Origin: Thermoproteota archaeon
Lineage (GTDB): Archaea > Thermoproteota > Bathyarchaeia > Bathyarchaeales > Bathycorpusculaceae
DNA length: 62,166 nucleotides
Direction of reading: 5' to 3'
Assembly: GCA_012513715.1 (NCBI GenBank)
Contig: JAAZBP010000018.1
Coordinates: 1 to 62,166 of the forward strand
Shown here: in pieces, positions 10,276-19,873 of the stretch
Numbering within the stretch: the stretch's first letter is position 1
Layout of the letters: every line of letters starts with the position of its first letter
Notes under the pieces: model-generated
What the model saw: only the letters and a program-made list of their open reading frames with translations
Told to the model about the DNA's origin: nothing
Database searches by the model: none
Translations under genes and position numbers: made by a program

Positions 10276-11607
10276 TTAGGGTGTTAATCTAACCCTATCA
10301 CGTGGGTATAGAGTAACTTCACGGATGTTCTTTTTACCCGTTAAAATCATTGTTAACCTTTCTAAGCCAATTGCCCAACCTGCATGAGGAGGCATACCAT
10401 AATCGTATGCTTGAAGGTGGCATTTAAAAGAATCAGGATTTAAATTCTTTTCAACCAATCGGTGTATCAACTGATTTTTATCCGAGATTCGTGTGCCACC
10501 TGATACCAATTCGATGTATCGCCACATTAAATCGAACCCTTCACAGACTTCGGGGTTATCATCACGTGGTTTAATATAGAAAGCCTTTGTGCTAGTAGGC
10601 CAATCAGTTATGAAGTAAAAGAATGGATAAATGTCACCTAGAACACGATATGCTTCAGTATGTATATCTTCGCCCCACGGAATTGTTATGCCCTGTGTTT
10701 TAAGGTCATCCAAGACTTTGGTGTAGGTAAGTCTTTTAAACGGAAGTGTGGGAACCTCAATTGTGTAATCCAAATTTGAAAGCTCAACAACACATTTTTC
10801 CTTAACAACAACACATGCATGGTGGATTACTTTTTCAAGTAAATTCATTACATCGTCGGCATTAGAGAAAGCTTGTTCGATATCTATAGAAGTGAACTCG
10901 CTAAGGTGACGACGTGTATGGGACTCTTCAGCTCGGAAAAAAGGTCCAACTTCAAACACTTTCTCAAAACTTAACATCAATTCTTCTTTGTAAAGCTGTG
11001 GACTCTGTGCTAAGTATGCTTTTTGGCCGAAATAGTCAACACAAAATAGTTCCGCGCCACCTTCAGTTGCAGAAGCAATTATGCGTGGACTATGAATTTC
11101 GATAAAGTCCTTCGCGAATAGAAAACTACGAATGGCGTCAAGAGCTATATGTTGAATTTTAAATGTAGCCAAACTTGAGGGTTGTGTGAGGTCCAGTGGT
11201 CTAGCGTCTAATCGAACTTCTATATTAGCTGGTGTTTTACCTGTAATGTCTATTGGTAACTGTTCAGAGGCCTCATTAAAGACTTTAAATGCGGTAGGTA
11301 TAATTTCTATTCCACGTGGTGTCATATTGGTTTTCTTTACATTACCTTTTACGCCTACACTGAAACGTTTCTGGAGGGCATCGGTTTTAGCTAAGACCGC
11401 GGGAGCTACACGTTTTTTTGGAATAGTTATTTGAATAGTGCCTTCACGGTCTTGAAGAATAACGAAGCGTATGCCTCCAAGGTCGCGTACGTCTTGAACC
11501 CAACCAAAAAGGGTTACTGCTTCACCATCAAGTTCAGAAGACAAGTGAGAACTATAATGAGTTCTAACCCAGTCGCCAATAGAGTCCAAATCCATTCTGC
11601 GTTTCAA
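10276..11607 (-). CDS. aspS: Aspartate--tRNA ligase (archaeal type, probably non-discriminating)
   Basis: OB-fold GWV..RDLGG, ATEGGAELF, LAQSPQLYK, FRAE.SHT.RHLSEF, GMPPHAGWAIGLER, PRD. Confidence 0.96.
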   Translation of the reverse strand: MKRRMDLDSIGDWVRTHYSSHLSSELDGEAVTLFGWVQDVRDLGGIRFVILQDREGTIQITIPKKRVAPAVLAKTDALQKRFSVGVKGNVKKTNMTPRGIEIIPTAFKVFNEASEQLPIDITGKTPANIEVRLDARPLDLTQPSSLATFKIQHIALDAIRSFLFAKDFIEIHSPRIIASATEGGAELFCVDYFGQKAYLAQSPQLYKEELMLSFEKVFEVGPFFRAEESHTRRHLSEFTSIDIEQAFSNADDVMNLLEKVIHHACVVVKEKCVVELSNLDYTIEVPTLPFKRLTYTKVLDDLKTQGITIPWGEDIHTEAYRVLGDIYPFFYFITDWPTSTKAFYIKPRDDNPEVCEGFDLMWRYIELVSGGTRISDKNQLIHRLVEKNLNPDSFKCHLQAYDYGMPPHAGWAIGLERLTMILTGKKNIREVTLYPRDRVRLTP

Positions 11608-11612
11608 CCTTT

Positions 11613-12122
11613 TTAGTCTGCAATTTCAACACGCAAAGACATTTTGCGTACTTTGTTTGCAATTTCCTTTAAAGCTTTAAGGTCCATCGGCAACTGTGCG
11701 CCACGTTTCCTTTTAAGTATCACTCGGGTTTCTGTGGTTCCATCGGGGAGCCAGATTGTGTTGATTGTTAAGATACTAAAGGGTACGAAGAGATCTTCAA
11801 GGAATTTACGGTCATCGACACCATACTCGAGAACACGTACATTCTTGCCAGTTTCGTCACCTATGGTCTTAACTATTTTCCCGCCGTAACCCAAAAGTTT
11901 GGGTACATCGCCATGGCCAACGAGGATAGCCAACGTTTTTTCAACGTCAACAGCTTTATAGAAGCAGACATTTTGCAGGGAAGGATATTTCTCCTCTAAA
12001 TTAAGCAGCAAACGGGCGATTTTCAGGTCTAAGTCACTGATTTCGCCAGCTTTCACTTTGGCTGAACATTTTTGGCATAGTATGCCACTCTTTAGGCAGA
12101 AACTGCATAGTTCTGTTTTCAT
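11613..12122 (-). CDS. Archaeal NusA-like KH-domain protein with N-terminal Zn-binding motif
   Basis: CSFC..SGILCQKC, KH-type LLGYGGKIVK, INTIWLPDG. ATG at 12122 (alternative TTG at 12143). Confidence 0.75.
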   Translation of the reverse strand: MKTELCSFCLKSGILCQKCSAKVKAGEISDLDLKIARLLLNLEEKYPSLQNVCFYKAVDVEKTLAILVGHGDVPKLLGYGGKIVKTIGDETGKNVRVLEYGVDDRKFLEDLFVPFSILTINTIWLPDGTTETRVILKRKRGAQLPMDLKALKEIANKVRKMSLRVEIAD

Positions 12123-12169
12123 TTGCCATTCGTTTTCCTGCAAAGAAGGAGTTCCGCATCGATCGTGAC

Positions 12170-12460
12170 TTAGCGCGTCAACGTAATCTCGATTGTACTT
12201 ACGTTAGTAGCGCTCTGAGTATTTTCATCCTGATCTATAGGCAGAAATTGATCTGTTCCGATACCTATACTTTTGATTTTTACATCCGGAAGGAACCTTT
12301 GTCTTAGAACTTCAGCTACGTCAATTGCTCTGCATATTGATCTGCCGCGTGCTTTAATGCTCACTTGTTTTGCGCCGCCATGGAAGAAGGTGATACAGGC
12401 CAAGACATAGTTCATCACGGGTTTTTTGCCAATCAGGACTGCGCTAGTAGTCTCCGTCAC
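12170..12460 (-). CDS. albA: DNA/RNA-binding protein Alba (paralogue 1)
   Basis: [34 protein letters not shown]. Confidence 0.95.
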   Translation of the reverse strand: MTETTSAVLIGKKPVMNYVLACITFFHGGAKQVSIKARGRSICRAIDVAEVLRQRFLPDVKIKSIGIGTDQFLPIDQDENTQSATNVSTIEITLTR

Positions 12461-12678
12461 GGTTCCGCTTCACTCCTAGTTTACTTTTTAGTGGCTTTCT
12501 TACCTTTTTTTGAACATAAATACATTGTGGTACATGTACACTATTATTGCAGGACAGCATAGTCCATCAAAAATTGTAGGAAACAGTTCAATTAGGAAGA
12601 CAAAAGCCAAGTTCATTTACAGGCATCAAATTATTAAGTAACTTCACTATTGTAAAGGTTTAAGCTAGCAGACTTAAA

Positions 12679-13146
12679 GTGGGTATAGTGGAACCTTTAA
12701 CTAAACGGTCAATCCAACTCTTGGAGACAATCTACAAGAAAGGAAAAGCAACAAATACGTATACTCTGAGAGCTAAACAGGATGAATTGTCAAAGCATTT
12801 AGATATAAGCAGACAAACATTAAACATTCATTTACGAAAATTAAAGAGTCATGGTTACATCCGTACAGGAAGAGGCTTTATAGATGTTACAGAAAAAGGT
12901 CTTAGCGCTATAGGAGTATCAACCACACCAGCATTCATACTTCTTAAAGTTTCACCGATTAAACGTATCCAAGTTTATGAAGAAATTCGGCGACTTCAAG
13001 TGTCAAGAGCTTTCCGGATTGCGGGTGAAGTTGATTCATTAATAATAGTTGAAAGAGAAAACCTTGATGAAATTCTAAAGAAACTCTACAACGTTGAAGG
13101 AATAGAAGACACACGATCTTATGTTACTATTGAAGTGATTAAGTAG
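12679..13146 (+). CDS. Lrp/AsnC-type transcriptional regulator (wHTH + RAM domain)
   Basis: HTH QDELSKHLDISRQTLNIHLRKL; C-terminal AFILLKV..IAGEVD..VEGIEDTRSY RAM domain. Confidence 0.85.
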   Translation: MGIVEPLTKRSIQLLETIYKKGKATNTYTLRAKQDELSKHLDISRQTLNIHLRKLKSHGYIRTGRGFIDVTEKGLSAIGVSTTPAFILLKVSPIKRIQVYEEIRRLQVSRAFRIAGEVDSLIIVERENLDEILKKLYNVEGIEDTRSYVTIEVIK

Positions 13147-13238
13147 AAAGTTCAAGTTAATTATCAGCAGTTAAGACAAAAGGTATATTTGATACTTAAC
13201 CATCAAAGGTTTATCTAAAATGGAAGGTTAACAAGAAA

Positions 13239-13400
13239 ATGCCAATATTAGATCCGGTAAAGAAGACCATAGCGCAACAACGCCGCCTATACATGAAAAT
13301 CTGCAGAGATTGCGGTGCACGCAATGCAAAAACTGCACTTAAATGCAGAAAATGCAAAGGCAAGAACCTGCGCTGGAAGAAACGGGAAATAGTAAAGTAA
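13239..13400 (+). CDS. rpl40e: 50S ribosomal protein L40e
   Basis: Absent from the ORF track (53 aa). Hand translation MPILDPVKKTIAQQRRLYMKICRDCGARNAKTALKCRKCKGKNLRWKKREIVK shows the KICRxCxARN...CRKC signature. Followed by a T-rich tract. Confidence 0.95.
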   Translation: MPILDPVKKTIAQQRRLYMKICRDCGARNAKTALKCRKCKGKNLRWKKREIVK

Positions 13401-13587
13401 TTTTTTATTCTCCCTGCCTTTTACTTTTATTGTAAAAACAGCCATAGCTATTGTGATTTATATTTGAAATAGAGCAGATTATTGTTCAAAACTTGTTATA
13501 GAATTATATAAGTAAGTATAGTGGAAAAAGAAATCGAAGAGTACTAAAATTATCAAAAAAGTGACTGCATAAAATTTTAATGGTTAG

Positions 13588-13662
13588 TGCTCCGGCCGGG
13601 ATTCGGACCCGGGTCGCCGACTCGAAAGGCCGGCATACTTGACCGGACTATACTACCGGAGC
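13588..13662 (-). tRNA. tRNA-Glu (anticodon TTC); no intron, CCA not encoded
   Basis: Reverse complement GCTCCGG TA GTAT AGTCCGGTCAA GTAT G CCGGC CTTTCGA GTCGG CGAC CCGGG TCCGAAT CCCGG CCGGAGC A folds into a cloverleaf. Confidence 0.95.
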
Positions 13663-13732
13663 GCTTTTTCTAAAAGCATCAAGCAGAATACCAGTTCCCT
13701 CGAATAAACCTTACCCTTCTAGAAACACTGTT

Positions 13733-14260
13733 TTAGCTAACAACCTTCTTTTGTCGAGTTCTTTTTGGTTTAAACAGGAAGCCAGTTATTTGATCAACAA
13801 GTTTAGCCTGTTCTTTTACTGTTTTTTCAAGTGTCTCAAGTCTTTTTTCTAAATCATTTGAAATTATTTTCCCTTCAATACGGTTTGCACTACGAAACAT
13901 TAGCAGCATCTTAAATGTCTCGGAAATTGCTTTTTCTTGGTCTTCAACTTTAGCAGGTTTAATTCCAGCTATTATCGACAACAAGTCAACATAATGTTCT
14001 TTTATCTTAAGTTCCGCATTTACAGAAGGGTCAGTTGGAAAAGCTATACTTAAAGGAGTTTTTTTAGCTAGTTCTGCAGCAGTTGGAAAACGGATTATTA
14101 TATCACCTCTTATCCAAGAAGCAACAAATTCTGTAACAAATTTTCGGATATCGGTCTGTGAAAATAGTAACAAAGGATCATCAGGTTTATTATCGGATTT
14201 ACGTTTGACTCTTACACTGATTACTTTTTTGTCATCCTCAATGTCAGGCTTTTTTGTCAT
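13733..14260 (-). CDS. Hypothetical protein with C-terminal coiled coil and basic tail
   Basis: 175-aa ORF with ATG, upstream GAAGGGA and a CTTAAATA TATA-like box; no family recognised. Confidence 0.6.
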   Translation of the reverse strand: MTKKPDIEDDKKVISVRVKRKSDNKPDDPLLLFSQTDIRKFVTEFVASWIRGDIIIRFPTAAELAKKTPLSIAFPTDPSVNAELKIKEHYVDLLSIIAGIKPAKVEDQEKAISETFKMLLMFRSANRIEGKIISNDLEKRLETLEKTVKEQAKLVDQITGFLFKPKRTRQKKVVS

Positions 14261-14360
14261 CTTATTCCCTTCTCATGTTATTATGACGCATTTTATAATC
14301 TTCTTAGCAATGACTAGTATTTAAGAAAAAGCGGAGATAGTTAAAAAGAGATTTTTTTAC

Positions 14361-15620
14361 TTAAGGAATAACACCTAAGATTTTTTCTGTTGCTACCTCA
14401 ACTTTTGCGCGGTCAGAAGAGTTGGTGTAAACTCTGAGTATATTCATAAATCCTTTAAGGGTTTCAAAAATTTTTGAAGTCTCACTTAACCGGCGTAGTT
14501 TTTTTCCGCCTGATTGACTTCTTACAAAAACTGGAAGCTCCCTTGACTCCATTAAAACCGCATGGTGGTATGGCACTGAAGGCACTGTAGGAACATCGAT
14601 AATTACTGATTCCATTTTAACACCAGCCTCTTTAGCGATTTCAGTTTGCACTTGACTTCGATAAGCTTCACCACTAAAAAGATTAGATATCATCGCGTCC
14701 TTTTCATAGAAAGTGCGCTCATATGCACATTTAAGCATTCTTCGATGCTCTAAGTTACTTATGATTTCGTTGGAGGCTTTACATTTCTTTAGTGCCGCCC
14801 AGACTGTGTAATCATCTAACTTCAAGTACTCCTCAGGGGTTTTAAAAGCCGTTAAACCAAGTTCGTTGTTAGCTTTCTCCATAGCTGTAGCAAGCATAAT
14901 TTGAGCTGCTCGACCCACTCGGTGGAAGTAAATGCTTTTGAAAGATTCTATACGCGCTATAAAGAAAGCTTCTAAAGCTGATAACGCGCCAAGTTCTACA
15001 GCTAAGTTTTCACCCAATAAATCAAGGGCATGAATTAGACGATAAACATCCACAAAGCCATATTCAGCGCCTGTATGATAAGTGTCTCTAACAATGAAGT
15101 CTTGTTTGTCTACGTCAACAGCGCTGCTTATGATTTGGTCAAGGAAAGCACGATTCTTTTTTTGTAGTTTTCCCACTGCAAGACCAGCAATTTCTTTGGA
15201 GTTATACCCCATTTTTGATAGTTTGTCGCTGACTTCGCTTTTCTCTATTATCCAGGCTGTTATATCTTCATGTGTTTTACCCAGATTTTTAATAAGTAAA
15301 TGTTCAAACACATGAGAGAAGGGCCCGTGCCCACAGTCATGAAGCAAAGCGGAGACGCGGCACATATCAATTTCTTCATCGCTTACAACCCGCGAAATAT
15401 TAGGATTTTCTAAAACCTGACCTGCAAGATACATAACACCTAAAGAATGTTCAAACCGTGTATGATTGGCACCAGGATAAACATATTCTGAACCAGCCAA
15501 TTGGCGCAATCGCCGTAACCTTTGCATTGAATAAGTATCGATTATGTTTTTTTCTGCTTCAGTGATATACACATAACCATGCACAGGATCTTTTATTTCT
15601 CCCCAGTACGCCTTGGGCAC
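14361..15620 (-). CDS. HD-domain phosphohydrolase (SAMHD1/dNTPase-like family)
   Basis: DPVHGY, QRLRRLRQL, HTRFEHSLG, LLHDCGHGPFSH, DVDKQDFIVRD, IYFHR. Confidence 0.92.
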   Translation of the reverse strand: MPKAYWGEIKDPVHGYVYITEAEKNIIDTYSMQRLRRLRQLAGSEYVYPGANHTRFEHSLGVMYLAGQVLENPNISRVVSDEEIDMCRVSALLHDCGHGPFSHVFEHLLIKNLGKTHEDITAWIIEKSEVSDKLSKMGYNSKEIAGLAVGKLQKKNRAFLDQIISSAVDVDKQDFIVRDTYHTGAEYGFVDVYRLIHALDLLGENLAVELGALSALEAFFIARIESFKSIYFHRVGRAAQIMLATAMEKANNELGLTAFKTPEEYLKLDDYTVWAALKKCKASNEIISNLEHRRMLKCAYERTFYEKDAMISNLFSGEAYRSQVQTEIAKEAGVKMESVIIDVPTVPSVPYHHAVLMESRELPVFVRSQSGGKKLRRLSETSKIFETLKGFMNILRVYTNSSDRAKVEVATEKILGVIP

Positions 15621-15696
15621 AAAGTTTCACTTCTGTTGATAATTATATTTATGTGTCTTCCTATAATGTGTAACGCTGAAGAATTGGTCGACAATT

Positions 15697-16305
15697 ATGA
15701 ATAATAAAGGCGTCTTCATAGTTATTGAAGGTTTAGATGGAAGCGGAAAAACCACTCAAGCAAGGTTACTAGCAAAAAAGCTGTCTAAAAAATACAATAT
15801 TTTTCTCACTACAGAACCAAGCAGAGGAAAAATCGGAAGTTACATTCGTGAATACTACCTATACGAAAAACAACGCCTCCCAACAGATGTAGAAGCACTT
15901 CTTTTTGCAGCTGACCGATTAGAGCACGTAAAAAAAGAGGTTGTGCCAGCCTTAGATGAAGGTAAACTGGTCATATGTGACAGATATTTGCATTCCTCAT
16001 TGGCCTACCAAGGAAGTTCTGGTCTGAGCATAGACTGGATTAGAGGGATTAACTCTAAAGCACTTCAACCTGACATCGGAATCTTCATTGACTTAGCGCC
16101 TGAAGTTGTTTTGAAACGGTTAAATCGTAAAAAGTCAGTAATGGAAACATTGGAAACACAACAGAAGGTAAGGGAAATTTATCTTAAATTTGTCGAAAAT
16201 GGAGAACTTGTAAGAATTGATGGGGATAAACCTAAAGAAGATGTGGCAACCAATTTGTACTCAAAAGTAACAGAGATGATTGAGCCATTAAGAGACTCTA
16301 TATAG
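15697..16305 (+). CDS. tmk: Thymidylate kinase
   Basis: EGLDGSGKTT P-loop, LLFAADR, CDRY..SSLAYQ. Confidence 0.96.
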   Translation: MNNKGVFIVIEGLDGSGKTTQARLLAKKLSKKYNIFLTTEPSRGKIGSYIREYYLYEKQRLPTDVEALLFAADRLEHVKKEVVPALDEGKLVICDRYLHSSLAYQGSSGLSIDWIRGINSKALQPDIGIFIDLAPEVVLKRLNRKKSVMETLETQQKVREIYLKFVENGELVRIDGDKPKEDVATNLYSKVTEMIEPLRDSI

Positions 16306-16442
16306 TCGAGAAATGTTTTTTTCAGTCAAATTAGGAATTGATTGATTAGTCACAAATAGTAATTTTTTCCAATACCGCAAGTTACGCGTAATATCATGAC
16401 AAAGTTAAATAGACAAATCTGTTAGTTAGAGAATTATCCCGT

Positions 16443-17741
16443 GTGACCACGATGTTAGATATCAAGCTTATTCGAGAAAACCCTGAACAAGTTATAACTA
16501 ACCTAAAGAAAAGAAATAATTTAGAAGTTCTTCAAATGCTAGACAATCTAGTTGCCCTAGATAAAATGTGGCGCCTCAATAACACTAAATTGAATGAGCT
16601 ACGACATGAAAGAAAAAAAATCACTATTGAAATTGCCAAACGTAAAAAAACAGGTGAAGACACAGCAAAACATGTTTCTGAAGCGCAAAAAATTGATGAG
16701 ATAATTACTTTAAAGGAAAAAGAAGTTACTGGTCAGGAAGAGAAAATTCGAGATTACTTGTTACGGTTACCTAACATTTTAGATGAATCAGTTCCTTTAG
16801 GTGAAGACTCGAAAGACAATTTAACAGTAAAAACTTGGGGAAAAATCCCCGAGTTTACTTTTTCGATTAAGAATCACATAGACCTTGCACTAAGTCTTGA
16901 CCAAATCGATATGGAAAGAGCGGGAAAAGTCTCAGGCTCAAGATTCTTCTACCTTAAAAATGAAGTTGCAATGCTTGATATGGCATTAATGAGTTTTGCA
17001 ATAGAAGAATTATCAGAAAAAGGATACACACCAGTCATACCACCTTATCTTATGAAACATGACGCTTACGAGGGGGTAACTGCACTTGCAGACTTTGGTG
17101 ACGTACTTTACAAAGTTGAAAACGAAGATCTTTACTTAATAGCTACATCTGAACATCCATTGGCTGCTATGCTGATGAATGAAACATTAAAGATAGAAGA
17201 GTTACCTGTGAAACTCGCTGGGATAAGCACTTGTTTCCGTAAAGAGGCAGGCGCCCATGGCAAAGACACACGAGGTATCTTTCGCACACACCAATTCAAC
17301 AAAATAGAGCAATTCATATTTTGTAAACCTGAAGATTCAGCTGAACTTCATGAAGAACTTCTTGCTAATGCTGAACTGTTACTACAAAAACTTGGTTTAC
17401 CTTACCGTGTTGTAAATGTATGCACAGGCGATATTGGTACGGTAGCTGCAAAGAAATATGATATAGAAACTTGGATGCCAGCACAAAACGATTACAGAGA
17501 AGTGGTCTCATGCAGCAACTGTACTGATTACCAAGCGCGGCGATTAGGTGTTCGTTATAGAGAAAAAGAGGGAGCACCTCCGAAAGGTTTTGTTCACACA
17601 TTAAACTCTACAGCTCTTGCTACGGGTAGAACAATCGTTGCGATACTGGAAAATAATCAAAATGAAGATGGAACAATAAATATACCTGAACCGCTAAGAA
17701 AATACATGGGAAATAGAGAGAAAATATGCAAAAAACGGTAA
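16443..17741 (+). CDS. serS: Serine--tRNA ligase (bacterial/type 1)
   Basis: MLDIKLIREN, SGSRF, LIATSE, CFRKEAG..GKDTRGIFRTHQF, SCSNCTDYQARR, HTLNST. Confidence 0.97.
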   Translation: MTTMLDIKLIRENPEQVITNLKKRNNLEVLQMLDNLVALDKMWRLNNTKLNELRHERKKITIEIAKRKKTGEDTAKHVSEAQKIDEIITLKEKEVTGQEEKIRDYLLRLPNILDESVPLGEDSKDNLTVKTWGKIPEFTFSIKNHIDLALSLDQIDMERAGKVSGSRFFYLKNEVAMLDMALMSFAIEELSEKGYTPVIPPYLMKHDAYEGVTALADFGDVLYKVENEDLYLIATSEHPLAAMLMNETLKIEELPVKLAGISTCFRKEAGAHGKDTRGIFRTHQFNKIEQFIFCKPEDSAELHEELLANAELLLQKLGLPYRVVNVCTGDIGTVAAKKYDIETWMPAQNDYREVVSCSNCTDYQARRLGVRYREKEGAPPKGFVHTLNSTALATGRTIVAILENNQNEDGTINIPEPLRKYMGNREKICKKR

Positions 17742-17792
17742 AAGTTTTAATATCTCCCTGAGAATGTTCTGGAACGACTTGGAGAAATCATC

Positions 17793-18449
17793 GTGTCTTC
17801 AAAAACTTCAAAATCAGCAAAGCAGATGCGCGATAAGTGGCGCGGAAAATCTTGGTATATGGTAATTGCGCCTTCGTTCTTCGGCAACATAGAGTTAGGT
17901 TCGATTCCAGCTCAAGAAGAACAAATGTTAATTGGTAGAGTAGTAGAAGCAACCCTATATGACATAACAGGAGACTTCTCTCATCATTATCTAAAAATGT
18001 TCTTCCAAATTAACAGCATGGAAGGTAAAACAGCTAGAACACTTTTCAAGGGTCACGAATATTCACGTGACTACCTAAGGAGTCTTGTTAGAAGAAGAAC
18101 AACCAAAGTGGATGGTCTATTCAATTTAATTACAAAAGACGGATATAAACTTCGCATATCAGTTTCCGCACTAACACTTTCAAGAATAAAAACTTCACAA
18201 GAAAAGATTATTCGAGAAATGATGCAGAAAATCATCAAAGATAAAGCTAAAGCATTGACACTTGATCAATTCGTTCAAGAAATGGTTTTAGGCAAAATCG
18301 CATCAGACATATACAATCAAGCCAAATTAGTTGCACCACTAAGACATGTCGGAATTCGAAAATCGAAACTAATATCTGTCCCAGCTCAACAACCAAAAAC
18401 CGAGGCTAAATCAACCCTCGAAACTGAAGCAGTTGCAGCTCCAGCATAA
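17793..18449 (+). CDS. rps3ae: 30S ribosomal protein S3Ae (eS1)
   Basis: RDKW..K.WY..AP..F, GRVVEATLYDITGD, F.GHE.SRDYLRSLVRR. Confidence 0.96.
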   Translation: MSSKTSKSAKQMRDKWRGKSWYMVIAPSFFGNIELGSIPAQEEQMLIGRVVEATLYDITGDFSHHYLKMFFQINSMEGKTARTLFKGHEYSRDYLRSLVRRRTTKVDGLFNLITKDGYKLRISVSALTLSRIKTSQEKIIREMMQKIIKDKAKALTLDQFVQEMVLGKIASDIYNQAKLVAPLRHVGIRKSKLISVPAQQPKTEAKSTLETEAVAAPA

Positions 18450-18559
18450 AACAATTTTTATTTTTTCTTCACTTAGTTTTCATTAACATTTTTATGAGTT
18501 ATACTTTAAATTTTTCTTTGCTTCTCTGTTGATGGTTAGAGTTAAATGGTGAGTGGACA

Positions 18560-19474
18560 TTGATCACTGCATTAGCAGGCGGAGTGGGTGCTGCTAGATT
18601 TTTAATAGGTTTAAAGCATGTAATAAAAGATGAATTTTCTGTAATAGTTAACACCGGAGACGACATTGAACTGTATGGATTACATATATCTCCAGACTTG
18701 GACATCGTCACTTACACTTTATCCGAGAGAGTAAATGAAGATAAAGGCTGGGGAATAAGAGACGATACTTTCCATTTTTTGAATGCGCTCAAAGATTATG
18801 GCTCAGATACATGGTTTTGTTTAGGCGATAAAGATCTAGCAACCCATTTTTATCGAACTGAACTTTTAAGGCAGGGATTTTCGCTCTCACAAATTACAAA
18901 TGAAATCTGCGATTCTTTAGGAGTCAAAGTGAAAGTTCTTCCTATGACCAATGACAAGTTTGAGACAAGAATAATAACACCAGAAGGGGAAATGCATTTT
19001 GAAGAATATTTTGTTAAGAGACAATTCAAAGACAAAGTTTTAGGGGTTAGATTTATCGGATCAAAAACAGCTGAGCCAGCACCGGGAGTCTTGGATGCAA
19101 TTTTAGAAGCTGAAAAAATTGTTGTTTGCCCAAGTAACCCAATAGTAAGCATAGGAACAATTCTTTCAGTAAATCAAATCAGAGAGTCATTGAACAGAAC
19201 AAAAGCAAAAGTTGTAGCAGTTAGTCCAATAGTTGCTGGTGCACCAATTAAGGGACCAGCGGATAAAATGTTACAGGCATCGGGTATTGAAGTTTCAGCT
19301 TATGGTGTAGCTAAACTTTATTCTGATTTCCTCGATGAAATCATAATTGACAATAAAGATGAAGCAGAGAAAGAAAGAATTGAAAAACTTGGGATAAATG
19401 TAACAGTAACAAATACAATAATGAAAACTTTTGAAGATAAAGTGTTGTTAGCTAAAGCTGTACTTGAAATTTGA
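18560..19474 (+). CDS. cofD: 2-phospho-L-lactate transferase (F420 biosynthesis)
   Basis: LAGGVGAARF, VNTGDD, ISPDLD, WF.LGDKDLATH, PSNPIVSIG, GPADKML. Confidence 0.94.
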   Translation: MITALAGGVGAARFLIGLKHVIKDEFSVIVNTGDDIELYGLHISPDLDIVTYTLSERVNEDKGWGIRDDTFHFLNALKDYGSDTWFCLGDKDLATHFYRTELLRQGFSLSQITNEICDSLGVKVKVLPMTNDKFETRIITPEGEMHFEEYFVKRQFKDKVLGVRFIGSKTAEPAPGVLDAILEAEKIVVCPSNPIVSIGTILSVNQIRESLNRTKAKVVAVSPIVAGAPIKGPADKMLQASGIEVSAYGVAKLYSDFLDEIIIDNKDEAEKERIEKLGINVTVTNTIMKTFEDKVLLAKAVLEI

Positions 19475-19523
19475 TAGTTATATAGTAACAGGTTAGACCA
19501 GTTTTTCTGAAAATATTAAAAAG

Positions 19524-19602
19524 TGGCGGGCCCGCTGGGATTTGAACCCAGGACCTCCGGCTCCGCAGGCCGGTGTCATAATCCGTACTAGACGACAGGC
19601 CC
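19524..19602 (-). tRNA. tRNA-Arg (anticodon GCG); CCA encoded
   Basis: Reverse complement GGGCCTG..CCGGC CTGCGGA GCCGG..CTGGG TTCAAAT CCCAG CGGGCCC G CCA folds into a cloverleaf. Confidence 0.96.
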
Positions 19603-19873
19603 AACCTGTCTTCGCCCTCTCAAAAATCAGGGCAGACTACTAAATACTACTCTTGAACTTAAAAATAGTGGTTTTGATTGTGTGTGTTAATTGATTTACT
19701 ACAATAATTAAAAATCAAGACAGAACACAAACAGTAAATTATCTAAAAATATGAAGGAAGTAAATCGAGTAAAAGATATGACTGTGCCAAACAGAATGTA
19801 AAAACACAACTCTGATAGGAAAAAATGTCAGTTTTTAGTATAGAGGCAGTTCAAGAAGAGAAGGTATTAGAGG

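Noticed and set aside
12519-12540. GTACATGTAC palindrome and TGTACA between alba and the Lrp gene
   Set aside because: Spacing does not give a clean TRP-box pair, the neighbouring genes are unrelated to Trp, and a short palindrome can arise by chance.
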